NCBI RefSeq assembly: GCF_037042905.1 | Contig: NC_087245.1 | Span: forward strand, 37,326,001 to 37,390,000 | Direction: 5' to 3' | Length of the DNA stretch: 64,000 nt | DNA from: Lytechinus pictus | Taxonomy: Eukaryota | Shown: positions 52,868-64,000 of the stretch, in pieces | How the letters are laid out: each line of letters opens with the position of its first letter | How positions within the stretch are numbered: the first letter of the stretch is position 1 | Made by a program: the position numbers and the translations under genes | Notes under the pieces: model-generated | The model's database searches: none | The model's input: the letters and a program-made list of their open reading frames with translations, nothing else | Told to the model about the DNA's origin: nothing

Positions 52868-54783
52868 TATAAGTCACATACAGGCATATTATACACTCAA
52901 GTCAGAATGATAATCAGTTATTCTTCTCAAAAGTGATTTATTCTTAAGATGTGACCCTACTTAGAATATAATGATTTATAGCCACTTGGGTATAGACCAT
53001 TATTCATGATAAATAGTCCTTAACACTCATTAAGTATAATCAATGAGTCAATAATGAAATCATCATTCGTGGCCATATAAATCAAAACCTCTTTATACCA
53101 TCTATATGGAGATATACTGTATTACAACAGATAGGATAAATTACAGTGTACATGTTTGTCTATCTTCAGTGTCAATTTCTGAATTGAAAAAATAATGTTC
53201 CATTGATATAATATGTTAAAGCCTGGGTAAGTAGGGTCAATGACTTTGAACACTAGTTTATTTTTTATGATTTTTAAATATGATTTTGAATAAAGACCTA
53301 GTAAGGAGTTAACTTTTTATTTGAAATGGATTGATTGACCTTTTGCAGGAAAGAGAGTGATGTGAAAGACAGGCACTCTCTTAATTGAATTAAATTAGAG
53401 CTTTTTTATATGGTTATTACAAAACTATTTTAAGAAAGAAAGAAGGGGGATCAACATAATTTATGATGGGAAGTTGCAACCTGTATATCTCTTTAAAAAA
53501 GTCTTTTCAAAAATTATAATTCTTCAAAGAAAATGCGGTGACATGAATTTTGGTGTATCCCATGCATCATTTCAATTACAAGAAAGCTTTTCATCTTATA
53601 TAAACATTAATAAACAAACATATGAAGGATAGAAAATGGCACAAGTCTACTTGGCATGGTGTGTCTATATATATGTTCTTTCTTAATCTTGTAATACAGA
53701 AGCATATAACTCAGACTAGGTGGAGTATGAGTCAGCTCGGAGGTTCTTCGAGCGAAACGTTATTTTACGACTGTGCAAGCACACCGCGTCATGCCTCACT
53801 TGAACCAGGATTAAAAATAAATCTCATTAGAATACCGTGGGATGAATGTGTGTTCTAAGGGGGGGCAAATAAAGATGAAATATTGAATTACTGCATCGGG
53901 GTTCAAGAAATGGAATTTACCCATGACTAGACTGTAAAGATATGGAGTGGGTAAATATTTACATGGTCCATTATTTATTAGAAGGTGATTTAAGTGGAGC
54001 TGACGAAGTGTAGATATTTAACTATTCTATTCATCCAATTCCTACTAGATATAGGTAATATAATGCTCTCATATCTTGTGATCATGAAATGAACAAATTA
54101 TTATGGAACCAATTATTCCACGATAATCTAAAAGGGCACTGGATCTATACAGATGTCAGCTAAAGCCCTAAGCCTACATATTGTAATTAGTATGATTAGG
54201 CATGTTACACGATTCATGGTACACCCTAAATCAAAACAGGCTTAAAGGATGGAAAAGGGGCTAAGAGGGACGGCATTTTCCTCCATAACACATTACCAAA
54301 ATTCTGTCACTCCATGGCACTTTTAAAAGGTGATTTGACCCTTTCTATCTTTACTTCTTTAAATGTATGATCAAGACAACACAATACTATTTTTTAACAT
54401 ATTAAGGACAAGGTAAACAAAGCTAGCTATAGAATATTGATAAATTGAGAAAAATATAATTTCTACAAAAATCTTTTTTATTCAACGAAAAATAAAATAT
54501 ATTGCAATGAGTACCAGTACCTTTAAATTGGTGCCCATAGCAAGTACATTGGGTCACAACATATATCCCCTCTTCATGCATGGATGTCCATTGATGCTAA
54601 TTCTAGCAGGTTAAACAGACCTTAAGTGAGAAACCAAACCTGACTCATTCTCGACTGGTAAGTGATCCCTTAATCATTCATGAGAATATCATGCACGGAC
54701 GAGCCCCCAATCATATCAGACTCAGTATGATATGATAAGGGGCTCATGTTCAAATTTGTATTTCATGAAGCACTGTTTTCTCT

Positions 54784-55452
54784 AGGCGTATTCAGACTGC
54801 CTCGAAGTTTGTTATTTCCAGGTGTTTATCGAACAAGAAATTTGCCCTGATCTACCCCTGTCAGAAAATACCGGGTAATTTTGGCAGTGTGAAAGCAAAT
54901 TACTTGTAATATCTCTAAAAGATAATACCTGCCAAATAATGGGTACTTGTTGAAATTACAAGAACTTTTGCAAGGCTTTTTTCCAGGGTTGCAAGTATTT
55001 TGGCAGTGTGAAAGCAAACAGGAACTTTCCAAAAGCAGTGAGTAGTTTGGCGTTGAGCTAGGGACTTAACCTTGCCCCCTATTCAGACCATACCGCGCAT
55101 TCTCATAACTTCAAGAACCCTAAAAGGGTCTGCTTTGGATTGGTATAGATGCGAAAATAGTGGTGCTAAAAACTTAGTGAACCCAACCAGAAAATGAAAA
55201 AGTTTTAAGTGTTCACGTTCCGCTATTTTATAGATATTTAATTGTGAAGTCAGGTGATAAGATGTTACATTCAATTAAGTTTGTTTCTCTGGGCTCGCCC
55301 GACATTGTCGTATTGTTGTCTACATTCAACACTCAGCATGAAGGAGTGCATTTCTAGCACATTTCTAGCACCACTGTAAGGTATTTTGGGGGCTGAACAG
55401 GTTCTTGTAATTCAATGGGCACTCCGGTGATCGAGGCAGTCTGAATACGCCT
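54784..55452. mobile_element. Older MITE related to the 20675/26049 family
   Basis: Perfect 22-bp TIR AGGCGTATTCAGACTGCCTCGA / TCGAGGCAGTCTGAATACGCCT. The internal TTTTGGCAGTGTGAAAGCAAA repeats are the reverse complement of motifs in the 20675 family. Confidence 0.75.
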
Positions 55453-56989
55453 GTTACGACATATGCTAGGCTTCTCAGTTTCAAATTTGTTTTTCATGAG
55501 AATTAGTGTTCTCCTTGTCAAAAGTATGGGCATCATAACACAAAACTTAGTGATTGATTGTATAAAAATACTTTTGTGATCGATTACTTTGAAATAATTT
55601 GTAAAAATGAATGGTGTAAGCCGCTTAGCGGGATACATTATCTTGTCACCCTTGTGAGGGTTTGAGTATTTGTATACACTGTCAGGTTGCCAAAGTTACC
55701 AAACCATATTTTGCACATGACAAATATTTGACTTGAGGAACTGCAACATAAGTCTCTTTTATAGTTTGTTTCCCTTATTATACCCCCCATTAGTCAAAAC
55801 TCTGCAAGCTCACCAAGTACTTTATATATTGAATAAAATGAGATCAGAAATTTGAGTGAAAAGGACATAGAATGCACGGCAACGATTGCCGCTGTGGCTT
55901 GGTGACGAGACAGGTATACTGTCACTTTGCTGAATCATGTTTGACATTCACTAAGGTAAAAAGATGGCTAAGATGGCTAAAAACAGATGGTCCTTTTGGG
56001 TCTTGCTGGAAAATGAAAAACTTCCAAGAGAAATATGAATTGGCAGGACCAGGCAGAGTAGTCTATTATAGGGCTATTTTGGGTGTTACCGCAAAAAGGG
56101 TCTGTTCCGGGGTGCTCGATATCTGACTGTAGACCTGTCTCCTCTGTTTAGGGTTTGAGAAGTTTCTTTTAATAGGTCAGCTACACACTTTTCTTGATTT
56201 GCACTCAATCACTTGAGGAAAACTTTAACATGATATTTCCACTGTGAAAAGACGATTGACTACTTAATTAAACTATTCCACTGATATACACTATTACCAA
56301 TATAATAGATTCTGCTTTTTTGGTAATAAAGTTTCAACTTCAACTTCATATCACTTTCATACAAATCTTCAACATTTCTTATTCAGAACTGGTATTCTTT
56401 GTGGGAGGGGTTAATATGTGTAAATTTAGCTGATGTAATCTATAATCAATGAAATTGAATTCGCATGGAATCTGGAAATGTTATGGGTCAATCACATTTC
56501 AAACATATTCATTTGAATGAAAAGAGGGAATCACTCGAAGCTAATCAAAGCTGGAAGCTGGCGGAGTTTGACCTGCAGGGTATTTGGAGTAGAGAGACAT
56601 TTAATCCAGATGTAATCCCTAGTCATTAGTCACCAGTCAAAAGACAAGAGTGTACATTTCAACACATGTGACCCCATAGGCATGACTCAGCAAGTTCACA
56701 GCTGCCATTGAATGTGAACATTTTCTCATCACAACAGAAAAGCAGTGGACATCACATCACACCATGATCATTGCACTCAAATCATACTATGATTGCTACT
56801 TTGCATGATTGCTACTTTGGCAATCATGAATGTGCTCATCGTTGAAGCAATCATATAATGACATCAACCCAAGAGTATTACAGCAATGGCAACAAGACTA
56901 TTACAACAACAATGTATTCTATGCACAGGATTTGTTATTGGAGCAGAAATTAATGCAATCAAATCATCCAAATATTGCTATTGATGCAA

Positions 56990-57217
56990 CTATTTTTCTT
57001 TCAGAAAGAAATTTATCCACACTATGCTGTACTCAACCCAGGAGAGGTAAAATGGGTACCAGCAGGAAATAATTCCTCAAAAAGCTGTGTGTACCTGAAT
57101 CGGTAGCCTAGCTTAGCCAGGTAATAATAATAGCAGGGCCCGCTGGGAGAACAGTTTTCGGAACTGAAGTGGCTACCCTGGGTAAATATACCGTTATTAT
57201 TATTATTATTACTATTA
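56990..57217 (+). mobile_element. 5'-truncated SINE
   Basis: AAGAAATTTATCCACACTATGCTGTACTCAACCCAGG...AAATGGGTACC matches the body of the 21390 SINE. It ends in a (TTA)n tail. Confidence 0.7.
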
Positions 57218-57229
57218 CCATATTTGCTT

Positions 57230-58130
57230 CAACAAAACAATTAATGAATTCACATCAATCCTATGCTACATGTAGATTTTCATTATCGCAACATTTAATG
57301 TATTCATATCAATCTAAGATTGTAATTGAGGCAACAATTAGTGTATTCATATCAGCCAAAGATTTCATTATATTCATATCAACCTAAGATTGTTATTGCA
57401 GCATCATTTAATGTATTCATATCAACCTAAGATTGTTATTGCAGCATCATTTAATGTATTCATATCATCCTAAGATTGTTATCGCAGCATCATTTAATGT
57501 ATTCATATCATCCTAAGATTGTTATTGCAGCATCAATTAATGTATTCATATCATCCTAGGATTGTTATTGTAGCAAAATTTAATGTATTCATATCAACCT
57601 AAGATTGTTATTGTAGTAAAAATTAGTGTATTCATGTCAGCCAAAGCTTGTTATTGTAGCAACATTCAATGTATTCATATCAACCAAAGATTGTTATTGT
57701 AGCAACATTTAATCTATGCATATCAACCTAATATTGTTATTGTTTATTTGTAGCAACAATTTGTGTATTCATATAAACCAAAGATTTTTATTTTATTTGA
57801 TATCAACCTAAGATTGATTTTGAGTCAACAATTACTGTAGATTCAACACAGGATATTTTTTAGGCAAAACTAACATTCAACCCAAAACTGTTTTTGTGGC
57901 AATAATTAATGTATTTATATCAATCCATATTTCTATTGTAGCAACAATGTATTCATATTAAGCAAAAAATGTCATTGCACAGACAATGAATGTATTCATA
58001 TCAGCCTAAGATTGTTACTATAACAACAATTGTCAGCAGACATGATTGCTATTGTATCAATACCTACATGTAATGTATTCAAATCAACCCACTAGTGCTA
58101 TTGTGGCAACGATGTATTCACATTGACCTA
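57230..58130. repeat. 43-bp minisatellite (ATGTATTCATATCAACCTAAGATTGTTATTGCAGCATCATTTA), decaying at the edges
   Basis: Unit starts at 57411 and 57454. The core is homogeneous at about 57370-57620, and degenerate units also occur at about 56830-56990. Confidence 0.85.
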
Positions 58131-58429
58131 ATAGGTTTGAACCACGGTCATATCTTTGGATGGCGACGTTAAACTTTGGTCCCAGACATAAATAATCATA
58201 TTTGATTTATACACCTACATGTATGTAAAAACCTCCTTTAATCACACAATGTTATGTATTCCTGGGATTTTCAAATATTTTTAGTTTAAAAACAAATCTT
58301 TACTTCAACTTTCACACATCAATGTTAACCTGTATGCAGGTACTACAAGTCATGTCTAATGCGAAAAATACTTGCTGTAAATATGAATACAAAAATTCAA
58401 GTTGATGTATTTGCATTTAAGTTGATGAC

Positions 58430-58790
58430 CTATTCATTTATGTTTAGTATGTGCATATGTGTGGGTGGATGTGGGTGTGGGTAGGTGTATATATGTTTTA
58501 TATATATATAGTTTTCCAGTCTCTTTTAGCATCTTAACCTTCTTATATATATTTTTCTCTCTTTTTGTATTTTGTAGATTAGTATATATCCTATATTCTA
58601 TGTTAATAATCATAAGTATTCCAGGGCCCCACTCATAAGCTTTGCTTTTAAAGGGGTCCTAAAACCAATTTGTCTATGCTCTAATCTAATTGATGTGTGT
58701 TTATAAATGTACTCAATTCACGTTGTATGTATATCTATTTTGATTATGATGTGATATTTTTGGTTTTAAATAAATAAACTTGAACTTGAA
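58430..58790 (+). mobile_element. Probable LINE 3' UTR remnant
   Basis: T-rich sequence with a GGGCCCC...GGGGTCC hairpin, ending AATAAATAAACTTGAACTTGAA (short tandem-repeat tail typical of non-LTR elements). Confidence 0.4.
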
Positions 58791-60921
58791 GACCATATCA
58801 AATCACCATCGTACTCGTAGCTACATACTTTTATGAATGAAAAGCTGCACTAACAAGAAAACCTCCAAGATCCAACCAGTTTAGCATACAATCAAATGTA
58901 GATAGATCTACTCCCCATACCTGGTGCTCTAAAATGAGGGTGATAAAAGTATTGGCCTCTGGCAGGTCATCAGTGGGATTATACCAGCTAAAGAAAAGTC
59001 CTTTCTCTCACCAGAGAGACACTGCCGCGAGACGAAAATTGAATTATGCAGTCTCGGGAGGTGCGAAAAAGCATTGGGCCTTGGGGGACATGCATGCAAA
59101 CAGAGGCGGGAAGAGCCTTCCAATTGTTTGTTATTTAATTTCTAATGTAATGGATGCGAGGGGGGGGGGCGCTACTCATCCCCCATGTATCTGGGGATGA
59201 TGTCTGGGTACATGAATAATTGAGTGAAAAGAGGATTTGGATGGATCAAGGATAGAAATATAGTGGGGTTGGTGTGAAACGGAATGCGTCGAGACTGGCA
59301 TCCTCAAACAGACTTTGAATTTGTAATGAAGTGAAGAGCAACCCATGAATGATTAAGATTGCACCAAGGATCCCAAAATAATTTACTGATATTTGATTAC
59401 ATGTACATGTATGTATCCAATTATACAGGCAATGCATACACACACAGAGTGAACACATAGGCCCTAAGCAAATGTTTGTAAAATTCTGAAGAAAAAATAT
59501 ATATTTCCTTCTCCCACTATTATTCTCTTTCATTCCCTCCTCTTTCTCTCCCTTTTTTCTGTATGGACTGAGAACATTCATGTACTTTTCTCTTACTAAC
59601 TAAAAAGCTAGCACTCAGCACTGTAGGAGAAGCAAATGCCCTAGCCATTTAAGAAATAATTGAACAATTCTTATTCAAGGAAAACTCAAATAAAAAATGT
59701 TTTTAAGAATCTGTAACAAAGCAACCATTTCTGTGATCACACAGATACAGACGTGATGATATTTGGCTTTGATAAAACCTCATCATAAACATGGAGTTTC
59801 GTTGAGTTGTGAGCAACTCTGAAGTTGGATTAACCATTTGTATTCTCCTGATGTATTTCCCACAGGATTGCATCTGACGGGTAATTTGTTTTTTCGATCC
59901 AAAGTTCAGATGTTCGATCCATACACCACCATTTCTATTCATGGACAACGCACTTGACGCAATTTCAAAGTACAAGCGTCTGTTAACGATGTTATGTCTG
60001 ACTCACGATGGAATCACATTTCAAGTCATGAAATGTTTACATGCAATCTTTCGTGGAGTCGATAACATACTGATGGGTTCAGGTGGAATAGGAAAAGAAC
60101 AGGTAGTGGGTGAATGTATGCCCCAATTCATCAGGTTATAACAGCAGAAATATCAGTATTATCATGGGAAAAGGGATGATAAATGAGAATACTATAAATC
60201 AATGTAGCTTTTAATAACTCAAGGCAAAATGCTGAGATCTATAATTGATTAATAGGATTCAAGACAATTTTTTTTTACTCATCATGCTACTACCTCATAA
60301 AGCTTTGTGCTATTTAACTCTGGCACACAATCATTAAAAAAATCCTGTTCACATCATATAACCAGGAAATTTTTGGCTCTTGTCCCCCCCCCCCCCCCCC
60401 CAGTCCAACAATCCCTATTATGCCTCCCTCTAAATAGTGAAATTGAAATCTACAATTGAAAGGCTGGCAGAGTAGCAACCTTTTCCAAATGTTATTGATC
60501 CAACCTTGCATAAAGCTGAATCCAACATTTTGTTGGGTTGAATCATTTAAAGTGGTAAATGCAACATTTTGAAAAGGTTATCTCTCCCCCAACCTTTCAA
60601 CTGTTGATTTAACATTTCATTTTTAGACTAGAGTGCCTGTCCTTTCTCTCCCACTTTCTCATTCTATAACCTTCAAAATTTTTCTCTTTCACAGCCTTTT
60701 TTCACATTGCTTCTTAGCAACTCCTTCAATTTTCTTTTTATATCTGCAAATTACAAATTATAATTGAACACAAACCTAACCCCTGTGGGGTTAGGTTTGT
60801 GGATTTTCTTAAGGGCCTGCTAGTTGAGATCTAAAATTGATCACCAAGATAACAGTTTTCTGATTTACATGGAATACTGAGTTACTTCAGTCAAACACTA
60901 ATTGATTCTCCTTATCTTATA

Positions 60922-61268
60922 TCATGGTGCAGTGGTTCTGACTCTCGCCTTGTAAACAGAGGGTCATGTATTCGAATCCCACCGCGGTCTGGCGTCCTTT
61001 GGCAAGGCGTTAATCCACACTGCCACTCTCTACCCAGGTGCTAAATGGGTACCTGGTAGGATGTGAAAGTCATTGTAGATTGCCCAGTACTGAGTGCGCC
61101 TCATTGGCAACTGGAATACTCCCCGGGGAGTGGAGGATGTGCATACATTGTGCACCGGAATGACTGATTGAATCCGATGACTGGGGTAATAATATTATGT
61201 AGAGCGCCGAGACACGTTGCTCCAATGTATTAAGCGCTATATAAAAGCGGATTATCATAATTATTATT
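60922..61268 (+). mobile_element. tRNA-derived SINE, near full length
   Basis: A box TGGTGCAGTGG, B box-like TTCGAATCCC, CORE-like body GTCCTTTGGCAAGGCGTTAATCCACACTGCCACTCTCTACCCAGGTGCTAAATGGGTACC, and tail AAGCGCTATATAAAAGCGGATTATCATAATTATTATT. Confidence 0.8.
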
Positions 61269-61309
61269 AAAAGTAGACTTCCTCACAAATTAAGTATGTG
61301 TCTCAAGTC

Positions 61310-61482
61310 CAGGGTATGCTTCATGAAAGCTGTCAGCACCAACTAAATCATCAGCTCTGACAGTATTAGTGAAATCCTTGGTTTAGGTTGGCTGAGAGTC
61401 ACTGGTCTCTGAATGTTACCATGGTAACTGTCAGAAAATAAAAATGTGTCAGTGCTGACAAGCTTCATGAAACTCTCCTCAG
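61310..61482. mobile_element. Degenerate palindromic MITE (TTCATGAA family)
   Basis: TTCATGAAAGCTGTCAGCAC...GTGCTGACAAGCTTCATGAA inverted arms. Related decayed copies lie near 23740-23990, 27968-28110 and 51023-51170. Confidence 0.6.
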
Positions 61483-62176
61483 TTTTGGTCAAGACCTAAA
61501 AAGCAATCTGCTAGGGATACACCGGAAAGTTCCTGGTATCGCATCACAATTTGCTCCAATTTTTTGTTAAGACTGCTACACAAAAAGTCTGTTGTGTATA
61601 TCAGATTTTAACACAGGACTTTATTGAGTAAAAAAAAAAGTTTTAGAAATTTCTGGTGGGAATTTGCCCCCCCCCTCCCCCAGTTGTGTATGGCCATATA
61701 TCCCAATGCTGGGAGCATAATGGCAATGATCATTACCTTGCTCTAGAAGATTAAAATCCTTTCCTTTATTCAGTTACCAATCATCATTCATCCATCATTT
61801 TGAGATAATCTTCTTCCAGCCAAGGTTAGCAATCATTATCAGGTTTCACCGGGTCTAGGCCTTTCCTTTCAAAGGCAGGTAAACAGGACCACTTCTAAAG
61901 ATATATAAGCCTATGCTGTATAAAATTATTATACAATGCTGTTTATTGGAACAACAGTTTTTAATAGTTTAAACAACTATGCTAATTCATTGAGAATTGA
62001 AATTAAATTCTAAACTTTGTGGGTTAAGATTTTAAGCACTTGTTTATAACAACAACTGGATTAAGAATGTAGATTCAGTTTAGGATAGTTTGAGGTTATA
62101 TGTTTGGCAAAACATAACCATAAGAGCAACAGTCACAGGAGCAAGTGTCATGGATCCCTCTATCCATGAATCTTAA

Positions 62177-62762
62177 AGGGATGGTCCGGGCTGAAAATAT
62201 TCATAGCTTAATAAATAGAGTAGTATTCACTGAGTACAATGCCGAAAATTTCATCAAAATCGGATAACAAACAACAAAGTTATTGAATTTTAAAGTTTAG
62301 CAATATTTTGTGAAAACAGTCGTCATGAATATTTATTAGGTGGACTGATGATGTCACATCTCCACTTGTTCTTTTGTATTTTATTATAGGAAATTAGGTT
62401 TATTCAATTTTTTTCCTCCAAGAACTAGAACAATTGGATTGACAGCTGATTTAGTGCATTAGATATTTATTGCTGCAACTTATTTCATTATGAGGAAGAC
62501 ATATTATTCACACAAGTTTGAAATAATGAAAAAATTATGATTTTACATAATAACATAAGAAAACGGAAAGTGGAGATGTGACATCATCCATCAGCCCACC
62601 TAATGAATATTCATGATGACTGTTTTCACAAAATACTGCTAAACTTTGAAATTCAATAACTTTGTTATTTGTTATCCGATTTTGATGAAATTTTCGGCAT
62701 ATTGCTCAGTGAATTCTACTCTATTTATTAAGCTATAAATACTTTCAGCCCAGACCATCCCT
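62177..62762. mobile_element. MITE with TTAA TSD and TIRs of about 190 bp (Kolobok-like)
   Basis: TTAA|AGGGATGGTCCGGGCTGAAA...TTTCAGCCCAGACCATCCCT|TTAA. The arms pair from the termini to about 62365/62570 and share GAAAATTTCATCAAAATCGG with the 5995 family. Confidence 0.9.
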
Positions 62763-64000
62763 TTAATAGATCCATACTCTACAAAGCAGACTGTGATTGA
62801 ATACCTAATACCATCTTGACAAAAATATTCCAAATCCCAAATTTTTTGCTGTTTTTCATTTCTTTGTGTTTTATTCATGCATTTTTACATGTAAAATGCG
62901 TTATGTAATTCCTTTGGAGAGGGACTCTGCCTTCAAATTAAAATCAAAATATTTTTACAAAATCTTTGACAATTTTGCTCACCACAAGGAGGTTGGTCCC
63001 TTTTCATCAATAATATCAACAATGAAGTATTTATTTGAATTAGAGCAATGTAAAAGCCGAAACAAGAACATTCTTCTGAAAAGCCGACAGGCTACCTTAA
63101 TTGATGGATACTTCATCCTCGGGAGCCGAGCATTCCTTTAAACGCGCCTCAAACCTTAGTTTGTCTGACTGCATCATCGCCTTGACACCATATGGTACGA
63201 AATCTCTCTCGCTTAATGAAATGATTAATTGAACGTCTGCTGATGGCCACTGCTAGAATGCAATGTCTCTTTCAATCATTCATTCTAGGTTATTAATTAG
63301 CAGTAATTTGGTGCTATGTGAGTCAGATAGAGGGCTTCCAAGTATCATACAGAATCTTGTGTCGAAGCGATCCTTAGTGATGCCAATCCAGTCAAAGAAT
63401 TGAAGTAATTTGAGGGAGCAAAGAAGGATTTTGAGAGTAAAAAAAAAGTATTTTCAACTGTCTCCAAAGGTCACATAATACAATTTGAAGAAAAGTACTT
63501 TTATTTTTTCATAAAACCTGTTAAGTTATCACCTAATTACATTGGCAACAGTAGGTTTTATGACTCAAGTGAACAAGAAAATAGAACTTCTACTTGTCCT
63601 TCATTTTAAATAATAATCAACTTTCTCCATCTATTGCATGGTCATTTCCTAAGTGCTTAATATTTGTTTACTTATAAGTAGCTTGACAGGTAACATAATC
63701 ATTGCGGTTTAATATCATAAAATAAATTAGTACAATTTTTCTTCGCACTTGTGGTTTTCCCTACTACCGTACGAAGCACGCTCAAGGAAATAAGCTCAAA
63801 CATTCATGTTTGCTCACACAGTGACATAGCAAATTTTCATCGGGGGAAAACACAAAAAAAGTCGTGCAGATTGTAAGGTGATAATTCAATTCTTGTAAAA
63901 AGTGACTTCTTTTTCCTGTTTTTCTCATTTATGAAAATATAAGAGCTTGCGATGACCTTAGTTCAATCTGCTTAAGGCATTAAAATCATGATCTTGTGCT

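Noticed and set aside
59703..60141. Possible coding exon(s) in the 90-aa and 66-aa ORFs
   Set aside because: No convincing paired splice sites or recognisable protein motifs.

Overview
AT-rich eukaryotic genomic DNA. The repeat families suggest an echinoderm (sea urchin-like) genome, which is an inference. The only well-supported coding sequence is an intronless 391-aa class A GPCR of the somatostatin/allatostatin-C/MCH/urotensin-II receptor group (16668-17843, minus strand). The rest looks intronic or intergenic. It is densely filled with non-autonomous DNA transposons (TTAA-, TWA-, TA-, AAAT- and 6-bp-TSD types), tRNA-derived SINEs (three of them interrupted by MITEs), minisatellites of 30, 43 and about 103 bp, local duplications and microsatellites. 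The most interesting signal is a set of strong minus-strand splice sites. One is an isolated 105-nt exon at 48198-48302, with one open frame containing RRVTF. The other, 17 kb downstream at 31127-31200, is a textbook-looking recursive splice site (polypyrimidine tract-CAG|GTAAGA) followed 40 nt later by a second GTAAGT donor. Together they suggest a giant-intron gene processed by recursive splicing, with the GPCR either nested in it on the same strand or forming its last exon. No prokaryotic systems (CRISPR, operons) are present, and nearly all short ORFs in the track are spurious.
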